Of a stretch of DNA of 57,407 nt, positions 19,849 through 30,358 are shown piece by piece (position 1 is the stretch's first letter; every line of letters starts with the position of its first letter). The translations under genes were made by a program, and so were the position numbers. The notes under the pieces are model-generated. The model was not told the origin of the DNA. It ran no database searches and worked only from the letters and a program-made list of their open reading frames with translations. This DNA comes from Thermoanaerobaculia bacterium (GTDB taxonomy: Bacteria; Acidobacteriota; Thermoanaerobaculia; Gp7-AA8): the NCBI GenBank assembly GCA_035525015.1, contig DATLFC010000126.1, forward strand, positions 1 through 57,407, given 5' to 3'.

Positions 19849-20942
19849 TCATTCGCGACCGCGGACTGCCGTCCGTCGACCTGAACTTCCTCGGCACGGC
19901 GATCGTCATCGCCGCGATCGGCGTGGTCCTCATCTACAGCGCCACCTGGTTCACCGATCCGAACCTCAGCGTGGTCAAACGGCAGATGATCTGGGTCGCC
20001 ATCGGCATCCTTCTGATGATCGCCTTCATGGTCGTCGACTACCGGGTGCTGTTCGACATCGCTCCGGTCCTCTATGCGATCGGACTGATCCTGCTGGTCT
20101 ACCTGCTGGTGTGGGGACGCGTCACGGCGAACGTCCGGTCGTGGATCCACATCGGCGCGTTCCAGTTTCAGCCTTCCGAGTTCATGAAGATCTTCACCGC
20201 GCTGATGCTCGCGCGCTACTTCGAGTCGAACGATCGCGCCTATCTCAACGTCAAGTCCTTCATGGTGGCCATGGCCATCATCGCCGCACCGGTCGTGCTG
20301 ATCGTCCTGCAGCCCGACTTCGGCACCGCGGCGTCGTTCTTCCCGCTGGTCGCCGTCGCGATGTTCTTCGGCGGAATCCGCGCGCGCATCTGGGTGGCCA
20401 TGATCGTGCTCGTCGCGGTCTCTCTTCCCATCGCCTACCAGCGGCTCGAACCGTATCAGCAGGAGCGGCTGGTCGTCTTTCTCAATCCGGAGCGCGATCC
20501 GCTCGGATCGGGATACCAGGTGACGCAGGCCAAGATCGCCATCGGCTCCGGCGGCATTCACGGCAAGGGCTTCAAGCAGGGCACGCAGGCCCGACTCGAC
20601 TTCATCCCCGAGCATCACACCGACTTCATCTTCTCCGTCCTCGGCGAGGAGTGGGGGTTCATCGGCGTGATCATCGTTCTCGCGCTTTACCTCTTCCTGA
20701 TCGTTCAGGCGCTCTCGTTCGCGAAGAACGCGCGTGACAGGGGAGGCACGTTCCTGGTCATCTGTCTGATCTCATTCATCATCTTCCACGTCCTGATCAA
20801 CGTGGCGATGCAGATCGGACTGCTGCCGACTACCGGCATTCCCCTGCCGCTCGTCTCGTACGGCGGATCGTCGACGCTGATGTTCTTCATCGCCGTCGGC
20901 CTCATCGCCAACGTCGACCTCCGCCGCTTCGTCAATGCCTGA
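19845..20942 (+). CDS. rodA: SEDS peptidoglycan polymerase RodA
   Basis: ATGA overlap with mrdA. QPSEFMK, TDFIFSVLGEEWGFIG, PLPLVSYGGSS motifs. Confidence 0.9.
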   Translation: MIIRDRGLPSVDLNFLGTAIVIAAIGVVLIYSATWFTDPNLSVVKRQMIWVAIGILLMIAFMVVDYRVLFDIAPVLYAIGLILLVYLLVWGRVTANVRSWIHIGAFQFQPSEFMKIFTALMLARYFESNDRAYLNVKSFMVAMAIIAAPVVLIVLQPDFGTAASFFPLVAVAMFFGGIRARIWVAMIVLVAVSLPIAYQRLEPYQQERLVVFLNPERDPLGSGYQVTQAKIAIGSGGIHGKGFKQGTQARLDFIPEHHTDFIFSVLGEEWGFIGVIIVLALYLFLIVQALSFAKNARDRGGTFLVICLISFIIFHVLINVAMQIGLLPTTGIPLPLVSYGGSSTLMFFIAVGLIANVDLRRFVNA

Positions 20943-20963
20943 GGCGCTGGGACGCCGGTGTCC

Positions 20964-21326
20964 TCACCGGCGCTTCATCCGCTCGATCTCGCGCCGCTCC
21001 TTCTTCGTCGGCCGCCCCGCCCCCGGGTCGCGATAGACCCGCGCCGCCACCACTTTGCGCTCCGGCGGCGGCGGACTCTCGTCGAGATAGGCCGTCCTGC
21101 CAAGCTCCTTCGACAGTTGCCCCTCCGGCAGAACGGCCACCACCACCCGCCGCGGCCAGTCGCCCCTGAGGAACTCGACCATGTCCCCTTCGCGGAGAGA
21201 GGAGGAGGGCCTCGCCCGCTGGCCGTTGAGTTTGACGTGCCCGCCCCGAACGGCCTCGGCCGCTTCGCTGCGCGACTTGAAGAGGCAGACCAGCTTCAGC
21301 CAGTGGTCGATCCGGTGTCGGTCCAT
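20964..21326 (-). CDS. S4-domain RNA-binding protein (Hsp15/HslR-like)
   Basis: Start set at ATG 21326 (MDRHRIDHWLKLVCLFKSRSEAAEAVRGGHVKLNGQRAR...). The 236-aa track ORF extends upstream across the HU gene on the other strand and is rejected. Confidence 0.7.
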   Translation of the reverse strand: MDRHRIDHWLKLVCLFKSRSEAAEAVRGGHVKLNGQRARPSSSLREGDMVEFLRGDWPRRVVVAVLPEGQLSKELGRTAYLDESPPPPERKVVAARVYRDPGAGRPTKKERREIERMKRR

Positions 21327-21333
21327 AACCGTA

Positions 21334-21356
21334 TATAATCCAAGATCTTCGGAGGG
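21334..21356 (+). promoter_or_regulatory. candidate -10 box (TATAAT 21334-21339) and RBS (GGAGGG 21351-21356) of the HU/IHF-like gene
   Basis: Consensus TATAAT 20 nt upstream of ATG 21360. No convincing -35 seen. Confidence 0.4.
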
Positions 21357-21359
21357 CAC

Positions 21360-21629
21360 ATGATCAAGGCGGACATCGTCAACAAGGTAGCGGAAGTCTC
21401 CGAAATTTCGCGGGTCAAGGCCGCTCAGGCCGTCGACACCGTAATCGAGGGGCTCCGCAACGCGCTGGCGCGCGGACAGCGCATCGAGCTGCGCGGTTTC
21501 GGCGTGTTCCAGGTCAAACAGCGGAAGAAGGGCATCGGCCGGAATCCCAAGACCGGGGTCGAGGTCAAGATCCCACCCGGCAACACGATCCGCTTCAAGC
21601 CGGGCAAAGAGCTCCGCAATCTGCTGTGA
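21360..21629 (+). CDS. HU/IHF-family DNA-binding protein
   Basis: [12 protein letters not shown]...[44 protein letters not shown], typical HU/IHF arm. Confidence 0.9.
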   Translation: MIKADIVNKVAEVSEISRVKAAQAVDTVIEGLRNALARGQRIELRGFGVFQVKQRKKGIGRNPKTGVEVKIPPGNTIRFKPGKELRNLL

Positions 21630-21639
21630 GTCTGCGGTC

Positions 21640-23166
21640 TTGATTCTCGTTCTCGATTTCGGTTCCCAGTACACGCAGTTGATCGCACGCAGGATCCGCG
21701 AGAACAGCGTCTTCTCCGTCGTCCATCCGTTCGACTACCCGGTCGAGAAGATCCGCGAGCTCGCTCCGCAGGGGATCGTGCTCTCCGGCGGACCGCAATC
21801 GGTTTACTCCGAGAACGCTCCTTACTGCTCGCGCGAGGTCTTCGACCTCGGCATCCCCATCCTGGGGATCTGCTACGGCATGCAGCTCACCGCGTACTTT
21901 CTCGACGGGCGGGTGGAGGCGGCCACCGAGCGCGAGTACGGCCGCGCCGAGATCGACGTCACGGTGAAGTCGCCGCTGTTCGACGGTACGCCATCCCACC
22001 AGCGCGTCTGGGCGAGCCATGGCGACCGCATTCTGAAAGCGCCGCCCGGGTTCCGCGTCACCGCCACCTCCGCGAACGCACCCATCGCCGCGTTCGAGAG
22101 TGACGAGCGGAAATGTTTCGCGATCCAGTTTCACCCGGAGGTGACGCATACCGAGGCCGGCGGGCAGATCCTGAAGAACTTTCTCTTCGGCATCGCCGGC
22201 TGCAAGCCGGCTTGGGATCTCGGCGACTTCCGGCGGAAGAAGGTCGAGGAGATCCGGAAGACGGTCGGCGACCGGCATGTGATCGCCGCGGTGAGTGGCG
22301 GCGTCGATTCGTCCGTGGCCGCGCTTCTCGTTTCGGAGGCCATCGGGGCTCAGCTGACGGCCATCTTCGTCGACAACGGTGTGCTCCGGAAGAACGAGGC
22401 CATGCAGGTCGTGTCGCGTCTGTCCGAAGGGCTGGGGATGCACATCGTGGCTGTCGACGGAAGACAGCGCTTCTACGACCGGCTGGCCGGGATCGAAGAT
22501 CCGGAGATGAAGCGGAAGAGGATCGGGAACGAGTTCATCGCCGTCTTCGAGGAAGAAGCGAAGCGCATCCCCAACGTCGAGTTCCTCGTGCAGGGCACGC
22601 TCTATCCCGACGTCATCGAATCGGTCTCCATCAAAGGGCCGTCGGCGGTCATCAAGACCCACCACAACGTCGGCGGTCTGCCGGAGAAGATGGGCCTGAA
22701 ACTGATCGAGCCGGTGCGCGAGCTCTTCAAGGATGAAGTCCGGCGCCTCGGCATCGACCTCGGACTGGAGGAGGAGTTCGTCTGGCGACACCCTTTCCCC
22801 GGCCCCGGCCTCGCCGTCCGCATCCTCGGCGAAGTCACCGCGGAGCGGGTCGAGATCCTGCAGAACGCCGACGACATCGTCATCGACGAGATCCGGCGGG
22901 CCGGCCTCTACCGCGAGACCTCGCAGGCCTTCGCCGTCCTGCTCCCCGTCCAGAGTGTCGGCGTCATGGGCGATGAGCGGACCTATGAGAACGTTCTTGC
23001 CGTCCGCGCGGTGACGACGACGGACTTCATGACCGCCGACTGGTACCGCATGCCCTACGACGTGCTCGACCGCATCGCGCGCCGCGTCGTCAACGAAGTC
23101 CGCGGCATCAACCGCGTCGTCTACGACATTTCGTCGAAGCCGCCGAGTACGATTGAGTGGGAGTGA
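21640..23166 (+). CDS. guaA: GMP synthase (glutamine-hydrolysing)
   Basis: [38 protein letters not shown]-terminal [12 protein letters not shown] start. Confidence 0.95.
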   Translation: MILVLDFGSQYTQLIARRIRENSVFSVVHPFDYPVEKIRELAPQGIVLSGGPQSVYSENAPYCSREVFDLGIPILGICYGMQLTAYFLDGRVEAATEREYGRAEIDVTVKSPLFDGTPSHQRVWASHGDRILKAPPGFRVTATSANAPIAAFESDERKCFAIQFHPEVTHTEAGGQILKNFLFGIAGCKPAWDLGDFRRKKVEEIRKTVGDRHVIAAVSGGVDSSVAALLVSEAIGAQLTAIFVDNGVLRKNEAMQVVSRLSEGLGMHIVAVDGRQRFYDRLAGIEDPEMKRKRIGNEFIAVFEEEAKRIPNVEFLVQGTLYPDVIESVSIKGPSAVIKTHHNVGGLPEKMGLKLIEPVRELFKDEVRRLGIDLGLEEEFVWRHPFPGPGLAVRILGEVTAERVEILQNADDIVIDEIRRAGLYRETSQAFAVLLPVQSVGVMGDERTYENVLAVRAVTTTDFMTADWYRMPYDVLDRIARRVVNEVRGINRVVYDISSKPPSTIEWE

Positions 23167-23175
23167 GGGGGGGAC

Positions 23176-23239
23176 GTTGGTCGTTGGACGTTGGTCGTTG
23201 GACGTGGGCGGGGGGGCCGACCAACGACCAACGACCAAC
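23176..23239. repeat. inverted heptamer-array hairpin: (GTTGGTC/GTTGGAC)x4 / (GACCAAC)x3
   Basis: Read directly from the sequence, between convergent guaA and ftsZ. Confidence 0.9.
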
Positions 23240-23240
23240 G

Positions 23241-23276
23241 AAAAACCGGGGAGCGGCGGGAACCCCGCCGCCCCCC
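23241..23276 (-). terminator. rho-independent terminator at the end of the dcw cluster (after ftsZ)
   Basis: On the minus strand: GGGGGGCGGCGGGG-TT-CCCGCCGCTCCCC followed by GGTTTTT. 12-bp GC stem with one mismatch, then a U-tract. Confidence 0.7.
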
Positions 23277-23347
23277 GAGGAGCAGATGGTCCGGGGTCCC
23301 TCTCCCCCGCACCCAAAGCGCACAGCAGGGGTGCGCCCGTGAGCGAA

Positions 23348-24628
23348 CTAGTCGCTCAAGTTGCGTATCACCGTCGGAATATCGAGGTCATTACCGAAAT
23401 CGCTCGACGCCATGGGCCCAAATCCACCCGAACCGTCAGAACGGGTGACGTTCTTACGAAAAAACGGGGGGTCATAAATTTCCCCGTCGGCTCCTATCTG
23501 CTGCGGCGCCGGCGGCTCCTCGTGGCGCGCTGCGATCTGATGCGGTGTCGGTCGGGGCGGCGAGGGCATGTGCTGCTTCTGCTGCGACCGGGCCGGGGTC
23601 GACAGCTGTTCGCCGCGGGTATTGAGCAGTCCCTTCGTCGCCGCGTCGAAGCCGGTGGCGATGACGGTGACCTTCACTTCGTCTTTCATGTTCGGGTCGA
23701 TGACCGTGCCGAAGATGATGTTCGCTTCATCGTCCGCGGCTTCCTGGATGATCGACGCCGCTTCGTGGACTTCGAACAGCGTCATCTCCGGGCCGCCGGT
23801 CACGTTGATCAGCACTCCCTTCGCTCCCTCGATGGACGCCTCCTCGAGAAGCGGTGAGGAGATGGCGCGCTGCGCCGCCTCGACGGCGCGATGCTCGCCG
23901 GACGAGACCCCCGTCCCCATGAGCGCCATGCCCATGCCGTGCATGATCGTCTTCACGTCGGCGAAGTCGAGATTGATCTCCCCCGGTACGGTGATCAGAT
24001 CGGAGATGCCCTGTACGGCCTGGCGCAGGATGTCGTCGGCGATCTTGAACGCCTCGCCGAGCGAGGTGGCCCGCTCGACGAAATTCAGCAGCCGCTCGTT
24101 CGGAATCGTGATCAGCGTGTCGACCGTGTCCCGCAGCGCCCGGATGCCAAGCTCGGCCTGCACGCGGCGGCGTTTCCCTTCGAAGTTGAACGGCTTGGTG
24201 ACCACCGCCACGGTGAGCGCGCCGAGCTCCGCGGCCAGCGAGGCGATGATCGGCGCCGCGCCGGTGCCGGTGCCGCCGCCCATCCCCGTGGTGATGAAAA
24301 TCATGTCGGCGCCGGACAGCGCCTCCAGGATGCGGTCGGTGTCCTCGAGCGCGGCCTGCTTGCCGACGTCGGGGTTCGCCCCCGCGCCAAGACCCTTGGT
24401 GAGCTTTGCACCGATCTGCAGCTTCGTCGGCGCCAGCGAGGTGCGCATCGCCTGAACATCGGTGTTCACAACGAGGAACTCGATGCCCTTGATGCCGGCC
24501 TGAATCATCCGGTTGACGGCGTTCCCACCACCACCACCCACCCCGATGACCTTGATCCTGGCCGTGAGCTGCTCTTCCTGAAGCGTGACCTTCAGCCTGC
24601 TGTCGGCCGTATCGTCAAACGTGATCAT
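23348..24628 (-). CDS. ftsZ: cell division protein FtsZ
   Basis: [27 protein letters not shown] tubulin signature, C-terminal [10 protein letters not shown] peptide. Confidence 0.97.
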   Translation of the reverse strand: MITFDDTADSRLKVTLQEEQLTARIKVIGVGGGGGNAVNRMIQAGIKGIEFLVVNTDVQAMRTSLAPTKLQIGAKLTKGLGAGANPDVGKQAALEDTDRILEALSGADMIFITTGMGGGTGTGAAPIIASLAAELGALTVAVVTKPFNFEGKRRRVQAELGIRALRDTVDTLITIPNERLLNFVERATSLGEAFKIADDILRQAVQGISDLITVPGEINLDFADVKTIMHGMGMALMGTGVSSGEHRAVEAAQRAISSPLLEEASIEGAKGVLINVTGGPEMTLFEVHEAASIIQEAADDEANIIFGTVIDPNMKDEVKVTVIATGFDAATKGLLNTRGEQLSTPARSQQKQHMPSPPRPTPHQIAARHEEPPAPQQIGADGEIYDPPFFRKNVTRSDGSGGFGPMASSDFGNDLDIPTVIRNLSD

Positions 24629-24643
24629 TTACCGTCTCCCGAG

Positions 24644-24672
24644 ATATTACAGATTTAGGTGTTCGATTCCAA
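24644..24672 (-). promoter_or_regulatory. candidate sigma70-type promoter in the ftsA-ftsZ spacer
   Basis: Minus strand TTGGAA (24672-24667) - 17 nt - TAATAT (24649-24644), 15 nt before the ftsZ ATG, in a visibly AT-rich spacer. The leader would be very short. Confidence 0.35.
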
Positions 24673-24687
24673 TCTTAAATTCAGGGC

Positions 24688-25917
24688 TCATTCCGCAACG
24701 AACCACGACCTCACCGACTCCGCGACCCTGGCCAGGCCGCGACGCGGGCGTTTGCGCACTGCCTTCTGCTGCCGGAATCCCCAGAGCAGAAGCCCGGCGG
24801 CAGCCGCCCACTCCGGACCGGCCACCGTGTCGGCCAGACCACCGATGTTCCTCGGCATGCCCTTTCTGGCCTGCTGGTCGAAGCACTGCTCGACCATCTC
24901 CACCATGCCGTCCATCTCCGCGCCGCCGCCGACGAGGACGACGCCCGACCGGATCTCCTTCTCCAGCCCCACCTTCTCCAGATCGCGATAGACGAGCTTG
25001 GCGATCTCCGCCGCGCGCGGCTCGATGATCCCGGTCAGCTCCTGGCGGGAGAGGATCTTCGGAGCGCGTCCGCCGACCGTCGGCACCTCGATCGGATCAT
25101 CGGCGGTGACGAGCGACGACAGGGCGCAGCCGTAACGCTTCTTGATCCGCTCGGCGTCTTCCATCGGGGTCCGGAGGACGACGGAGATGTCGGAGGTGAA
25201 GTGACCGGCACCGACCGGCAGCACGTTCGTGTGGACGACGTTCCCTTCGAGGAAGACGGCGTAATCGGTGGTCCCGGCACCGATGTCCATCAGCAGCACG
25301 CCCATCTCCCGCTCGTCGTGGGTGAGCACCGCTTCCGCGGCGGCGAGCTGTTCGAGCACGAGCTCCTGCACGGCGATGCCTGCCTTGTTCACGCACGCCA
25401 GCACGTTCTGGTTGTGGGTCCGGGCACCGGTGACGATGTGCACGTTCGCCTCGAGTCGCTGGGCGGTCATGCCGACCGGATCGTGGATCCCGTCCTGCCC
25501 GTCGACGACGAACTCGCGGGGAATGACGTGGAGCAGCTCCAGCTCGGCCGGGACGTTGATCGACTTCGACGCTTCGATGACCCGGTCGATGTCGTCGCGC
25601 GTGATCTCACGGTGTTTGCTCACCACGGAGACGACGCCGCGCGAGTTCACCGAGCGGATGTGATCGCCGGCCACGCCGACATACGTCGACTCGATCTCCA
25701 CGCCGGCCATCACCTCGGCCTCGTCGACGGCGCGCTTCACCGCGTCGATGGCCTGATCGAGATTGATGATGTTCCCGCGCCGCGTCCCCTTCATCGGCGC
25801 CGTTCCCTTGCCGATGATCTCCAGCTGCCCTCGATCGTTGACCTCCCCGACCAGCACACAGGCCTTCGAGGTTCCGAGGTCGAGAGCGACGACGTAGCGG
25901 TCTTCAGTTCGTGCCAT
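24688..25917 (-). CDS. ftsA: cell division protein FtsA
   Basis: Start set at ATG 25917 (MARTEDRYVVALDLGTSK), preceded by GAAGGAG. The track ORF from 26121 is an extension through ftsQ. Actin-fold motifs DIGAGTTD, VLVGGGA. Confidence 0.92.
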   Translation of the reverse strand: MARTEDRYVVALDLGTSKACVLVGEVNDRGQLEIIGKGTAPMKGTRRGNIINLDQAIDAVKRAVDEAEVMAGVEIESTYVGVAGDHIRSVNSRGVVSVVSKHREITRDDIDRVIEASKSINVPAELELLHVIPREFVVDGQDGIHDPVGMTAQRLEANVHIVTGARTHNQNVLACVNKAGIAVQELVLEQLAAAEAVLTHDEREMGVLLMDIGAGTTDYAVFLEGNVVHTNVLPVGAGHFTSDISVVLRTPMEDAERIKKRYGCALSSLVTADDPIEVPTVGGRAPKILSRQELTGIIEPRAAEIAKLVYRDLEKVGLEKEIRSGVVLVGGGAEMDGMVEMVEQCFDQQARKGMPRNIGGLADTVAGPEWAAAAGLLLWGFRQQKAVRKRPRRGLARVAESVRSWFVAE

Positions 25918-26737
25918 GAATGGCTCCTTCATCGAGGGCTGGGCCCTGCCGTGGTTTGATGACGATGCGGTCGCTGAAGCGGAGGTCGGCGTACTCGATG
26001 GATCCGCGCTGCAGTCCTTCGGCGCGGGCGATGGCGTGCAGCGTTCGCCACTTCCCGGGCAGACCGGTCTCGTTCGCGTACACCACCGCGGCCAGCTCCC
26101 GGTCGAACAGCTCGAACGCATCCGGCGCGACCGGTTTCACTTCCGAGATCCTCGAGTAGACCTCCGGGTCGGTGCGGCTCAACTCCCGGAGCAGAGTCAC
26201 GCAGCGCTTCAGATCGTCCGGCGCGGAAGAACCGCGGACCAGCGGCAGATCGCGGTTGCCGACCAGCGGCGAGAGCGGCGCGAAGGCCACGCCGTCTTCA
26301 TCGACGTAGCGGAACTCCGACCCGATCACAACCAGCGCCACCGGCGTCCGCTCGGTCACGCGGATGCGCAGGAGGTCCGGCAGTTTCTTCTCGATGGCGA
26401 TGCGGTCGATCCACGACAGCGAACGGAGGTCGCGCTGCACGGCATCGATGTCCACCTGGAACAGGTTCGCGCCGACGTAGGCAGCGGTGACCCGATCGAT
26501 GTCGACCCGCGGACTGTGGACGATCCCTCCCACCTCCACGGCCCGGATGGCGAAGCGCGCATCCGACTGCGCGCGGCGCACCATCCACGTTCCGGCCACG
26601 AGAGCGAGCAGCGCGAAGGTCAGGCCGCGCGCGATGCGCAGCACCCGCTGCACCTGGATCCGGTTCTGGTTCCGCCGGATGCGCGCCACGTCGATGGGCC
26701 GGAGAAAGCGCGGATGCGTGGTGTCGACGCCGCTCAC
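25904..26737 (-). CDS. ftsQ: cell division protein FtsQ (POTRA domain)
   Basis: TM segment LTFALLALVAGTWMV, POTRA FAIRAVEVGG...IAIEKKLPDLLRIRVTERTPVALV. GTGA overlap with the murC stop. Confidence 0.85.
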   Translation of the reverse strand: MSGVDTTHPRFLRPIDVARIRRNQNRIQVQRVLRIARGLTFALLALVAGTWMVRRAQSDARFAIRAVEVGGIVHSPRVDIDRVTAAYVGANLFQVDIDAVQRDLRSLSWIDRIAIEKKLPDLLRIRVTERTPVALVVIGSEFRYVDEDGVAFAPLSPLVGNRDLPLVRGSSAPDDLKRCVTLLRELSRTDPEVYSRISEVKPVAPDAFELFDRELAAVVYANETGLPGKWRTLHAIARAEGLQRGSIEYADLRFSDRIVIKPRQGPALDEGAIHGTN

Positions 26738-28092
26738 GCCCCACCCCCCGCCACGAGCGCTTCGCCGATCTGGTGCACGTCGCCCGCCCCCATGGTGATG
26801 AAGAGGTCTTTCGCCCCCAGCCGTCCCCGCAGCTCCTCGACGATCTCCTCGTTGCTGTAATCGAGATACTCGATGTTCTCGCCCGCGTCGGTGATCAGCC
26901 GCGCGCTGATTCCGCTGAGCGGCTCTTCGCGCGCCGCGTAGATCGGCGAGACGATCGCGACGTCGGCAGCGCCCAGCGCCGCGGCGAAGTCGCCGGCGAA
27001 ATCGCGGGTGCGCGAGTAGAGGTGCGGCTGGAAGAGGGCCACGATCCGCCGCTCCGGATAACCGCGCCGCGCCGCCTCCAGCGTGGCCCGGATCTCCGTC
27101 GGATGATGCGCGTAGTCATCGACCACGATCGCCCCGGCGAACTCGCCCAGGATCTGGAACCGCCGCTCCACGCCGAGGAAGCGCGAGAGGCCGCGGGCGA
27201 TGACGCCGCTCTCGACGCCCAGCTCGCGCGCCACGGCGATCGCCGCCAGCGCATTGCGGACGTTGTGCTCCCCCGGCACCAGGAGCTGGAACGCGCCCGT
27301 TCCCGGCACCTCGAACCTCGCACCCCCCTCGGTGAACCGGAGATTGATGGCGCGAAGCTGCGCCCCCTCCGACAACCCGTACGTGATCACTCTCCGCGAA
27401 GATCCCGGAGCTCCAATCAGCTGCGCGACGGCCGGGTCGTCGATGCAGGCGATGACCGAGCCGCCCGGCTTCACTCCTTCGATGAAGATGCGGAAGGCCT
27501 CCAGGATCGCTTCGAAGCTTCCGTAGTACTCGAGGTGGTCGGCCTCGATGTTCGTGATGACGGCGATCTCCGGATGCAGCTGGTGGAACGTCCGGTCGTA
27601 CTCGTCGGCCTCGACCACGAGAAAGTCGCCCTTCCCGCTCTTGGCATTCGTGGAGAGATTGCGGACCACGCCGCCGACCAGCACGGTCGGGTCGAGGCCC
27701 GCCTCCTCGAGAACGACGGAGATCATCGACGAGGTGGTGGTCTTGCCGTGCGTGCCGGACACGCCGACGGCGCGCTTCCGGTTCACGATCTCTCCCAGGA
27801 TCTCCGAGCGGCGCACCACCTCGATGCCGCGCTCATGCGCCGTGTCGATCTCCCCGTTGCGCCCCCGCACGGCCGCCGTCACGACCACCAGGTCGACGCC
27901 GCCCAGGTGCGCGGGGTCGTGGCCGATGGAGACCCGGATCCCCTTCCGGGCCAGCGAATCGGTGACGGAGGAGCGCTTGAGGTCACAGCCGGAGACAGAC
28001 ACCCCCGCCTGCGCGAGGATCTCGGCGATGCCGCTCATCCCGATTCCGCCGATGCCGACGAAATGGACGTTTTTTATGTCATGAAAATTCAT
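26734..28092 (-). CDS. murC: UDP-N-acetylmuramate--L-alanine ligase
   Basis: VHFVGIGGIGMSGIAEIL, GTHGKTTTSSM, Mur ligase C-domain. Confidence 0.95.
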   Translation of the reverse strand: MNFHDIKNVHFVGIGGIGMSGIAEILAQAGVSVSGCDLKRSSVTDSLARKGIRVSIGHDPAHLGGVDLVVVTAAVRGRNGEIDTAHERGIEVVRRSEILGEIVNRKRAVGVSGTHGKTTTSSMISVVLEEAGLDPTVLVGGVVRNLSTNAKSGKGDFLVVEADEYDRTFHQLHPEIAVITNIEADHLEYYGSFEAILEAFRIFIEGVKPGGSVIACIDDPAVAQLIGAPGSSRRVITYGLSEGAQLRAINLRFTEGGARFEVPGTGAFQLLVPGEHNVRNALAAIAVARELGVESGVIARGLSRFLGVERRFQILGEFAGAIVVDDYAHHPTEIRATLEAARRGYPERRIVALFQPHLYSRTRDFAGDFAAALGAADVAIVSPIYAAREEPLSGISARLITDAGENIEYLDYSNEEIVEELRGRLGAKDLFITMGAGDVHQIGEALVAGGGA

Positions 28093-28117
28093 TCAGTTCG
28101 TGGCGTCGTTAATTTGA

Positions 28118-28146
28118 ATTTTAAGTTTGCTAAACACTCAAAGCAA
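28118..28146 (-). promoter_or_regulatory. candidate internal promoter upstream of murC
   Basis: Minus strand TTGCTT (28146-28141, last codons of murG) - 17 nt - TAAAAT (28123-28118), 25 nt before the murC ATG. AT-rich island in a GC-rich cluster. Confidence 0.3.
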
Positions 28147-29253
28147 ATCATTTCTCTGAATCTTTTCAATGAAATCGATGATCCTGGCCGTGGCCTCCGG
28201 CGCCGCCAGCGTCCGCGAGGCTTCCCCCATCCGCCGGGCCCGCTGCGCGTCGGCGAGAATTTCGGAGATCGCCGCCGCCAGACGCTCCGGCGTCAGCTCT
28301 TTTTCGGTGATGACCACCGCGCCGCCCGCCGCCTCGACTACCCGCGCGTTCAGCTCCTGGTGGTTGTTCGTCGCCGCGGCGAATGGAACGAGAATCGCCG
28401 CGCGCCCGGTCGCGGAGAGCTCCCCGATCGTCATCGCCCCGGCCCGCGATACGACGAGATCGGCCGCGCCGATCTCCTCGGCCATGGCTTCGAGATACGG
28501 CACCACGCGCGCGTTCGGAAAGGGCGACGAGCGGTACGCCTCCCCCACCTTCTGCAGATCGTTCGGCCCGGTCTGATGGACGACCTCCACCTGGTCGCGC
28601 AGGCGGGCCATGAACAGCAGCGCGCCGGCCATCGTCTCGTTCAGAATGCGCGACCCCTGACTCCCCCCGAAAATCAGCAGCCTTTTTGGAGCGCCGGCGT
28701 TCTCACCGGCGCGTTTTCTGGTCTCGAAAAACTCCGGGCGGATCGGATTCCCCGTCACCACGCCGTCTTTGCGCTTCAGCCGCGGGAGGGCATCGGGAAA
28801 GGCGACCGCTACCGCTCTCACGAACTTCGCGAGCATGCGGTTGGTGAGGCCTGGATAAGCGTTCTGCTCGTGGATCATCGTGGGGATCCGCCGCAGCGCT
28901 GCCGCGGCGAGCACCGGTCCGGACGAATAGCCGCCCACACCGAGCACGATGGACGGCTGGTGGCGTCCGACAACGCGCCAGGCCTGCACGAACCCGAGCG
29001 GCAGGCTGGCCAGGTTCCGCAGCAGGTCGGCGCCCCCCTTCCCCTTCAGGCCGCCGACGGAGATGAGCTCGAGGGGAAACCCCGCCTTCGGGACGATCGT
29101 CCTTTCCAGCCCCTTCCCGGTCCCGACGAAGACGACGCGCCGCCCGGGATCGCGTTGCAGGTACGCGCGCGCGATGGCGATGGCCGGATAGATGTGTCCT
29201 CCCGTCCCGCCGCCGGCGATCATCAGTGTCTTCGTCACGCCCTTCTCGCCCAT
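28138..29253 (-). CDS. murG: undecaprenyl-PP-MurNAc-pentapeptide GlcNAc transferase
   Basis: MIAGGGTGGHIYPAIAIA...SRAGAMTIGELSATGRAAILVP. An internal Met (MIAGGG) is an alternative start. Confidence 0.93.
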   Translation of the reverse strand: MGEKGVTKTLMIAGGGTGGHIYPAIAIARAYLQRDPGRRVVFVGTGKGLERTIVPKAGFPLELISVGGLKGKGGADLLRNLASLPLGFVQAWRVVGRHQPSIVLGVGGYSSGPVLAAAALRRIPTMIHEQNAYPGLTNRMLAKFVRAVAVAFPDALPRLKRKDGVVTGNPIRPEFFETRKRAGENAGAPKRLLIFGGSQGSRILNETMAGALLFMARLRDQVEVVHQTGPNDLQKVGEAYRSSPFPNARVVPYLEAMAEEIGAADLVVSRAGAMTIGELSATGRAAILVPFAAATNNHQELNARVVEAAGGAVVITEKELTPERLAAAISEILADAQRARRMGEASRTLAAPEATARIIDFIEKIQRNDLL

Positions 29254-29260
29254 CGCGTCC

Positions 29261-30358
29261 TCAGTTCGTTTGTTGTGACAGATTCAGGAGAATGCCGATC
29301 GCGCAGAGACTGGCGATCAGCGACGATCCGCCGTAGCTGACCAGCGGAAGGGCGATGCCCTTCGTCGGCAGGAGGCAGAGCGCCACGCTGATGTTGATCA
29401 GCGCCTGAATGGCGATCATCAGCGTCAGGCCGAGCGCCGCGTAGAAGACGAAGCGGTCGTCGCTCCGCTGTGCGATCCGCAGCCCGCGCCAGGCCAGGAA
29501 AGCGAATGCCCCGACCAGCAGCGAGGCGCCGATGAATCCCAGCTCTTCGCCGATGATCGAGAAGATGAAATCGGTGTGCGGCTCGGGAAGAAAGAAGAGC
29601 TTCTGCCTTCCGTTGCCGATGCCGAGCCCGTGAAGGCCGCCGGTGCCGAGCGCGATGAGCGACTGCAGGGCCTGGAACCCCTTGCCGAGCGGATCCGCCT
29701 CCGGATTGAGAAAAGCGAAGACGCGATCGCGCCGGTAGGCGGCGCCGAACGCCAGGGCCAGGGCGGCCGGCAGGAGGATGACCGCGAAGAGGCCGACGAA
29801 CCGCCACGATACTCCCGCCGCGAACACCATCGCCGCGCAGACCAGCATCAGCATCGACGCCGTTCCGAAGTCGCGGCCGAGCACGATGAGCCCTCCCACG
29901 AGCACGACCACGAACGCCAGCGGCAGGATCGTGGCCGTCAGCTCGTTGATCCGCCCCTCGCGCCGCGCCAGGTACGAGGCCACGAAAAGGATCAGCACCG
30001 GCTTGGCAAACTCGGAGGGCTGCAGTTGGAACCACGGCGTGACGATCCAGCGATGCGTTCCGTTGATCGGCGACTGGAAGAGCGCCGCGGTCAACGCCAC
30101 GACGATGACCGCCAGGGCCAGATAGATCAGCCGGCGCTCCTTCAGCAGCGCGAAGTCGAGATGCATCAGCAGCACCATCGCCACCGCACCCACGCCGAGC
30201 CACACCAGCTGCTTCGTCATGAAGTAGTACGGCGTATCGGCGCCGAATCGCTGCGTGGCGATGATCGCCGAGGCGCTGTAGATCATGACCACGCCGACGA
30301 CGACGATCAGCATCGCCGCGCCGAACAGCCACGTGTCGTAGGTGAGTTTGCGGCTCAT
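29261..30358 (-). CDS. ftsW: SEDS protein FtsW
   Basis: Start set at ATG 30358 (MSRKLTYDTWLFG...), ATGA overlap with the murD stop. The track ORF from 30883 is an artefact. QPSEFAKP, TDFIFSIIGEELGFIG, PLVSYGGSS. Confidence 0.92.
   Translation of the reverse strand: MSRKLTYDTWLFGAAMLIVVVGVVMIYSASAIIATQRFGADTPYYFMTKQLVWLGVGAVAMVLLMHLDFALLKERRLIYLALAVIVVALTAALFQSPINGTHRWIVTPWFQLQPSEFAKPVLILFVASYLARREGRINELTATILPLAFVVVLVGGLIVLGRDFGTASMLMLVCAAMVFAAGVSWRFVGLFAVILLPAALALAFGAAYRRDRVFAFLNPEADPLGKGFQALQSLIALGTGGLHGLGIGNGRQKLFFLPEPHTDFIFSIIGEELGFIGASLLVGAFAFLAWRGLRIAQRSDDRFVFYAALGLTLMIAIQALINISVALCLLPTKGIALPLVSYGGSSLIASLCAIGILLNLSQQTN

Noticed and set aside
21327-21674. Upstream 116 codons of the 236-aa track ORF 20964..21674
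   Set aside because: It would run antisense through the HU/IHF gene and its promoter. The S4 domain starts at Met117 (ATG 21326).
23153-23857. 234-aa plus-strand ORF beginning in the guaA-ftsZ hairpin (…VVGRWSLDVGGGADQRPTTNEKPG…)
   Set aside because: The N-terminus is a translation of heptamer repeats and the rest is antisense to ftsZ. Peptides such as QRPTTNDQRP, SILNSQFSILNSQ, SGLRAQGSGL and SSFILHPSSF are signatures of translated repeat arrays, not proteins.
26773-29340. 855-aa plus-strand ORF across murC and murG
   Set aside because: Antisense to two well-supported Mur genes. Arg/Asp/His-rich low-information composition. High-GC artefact.
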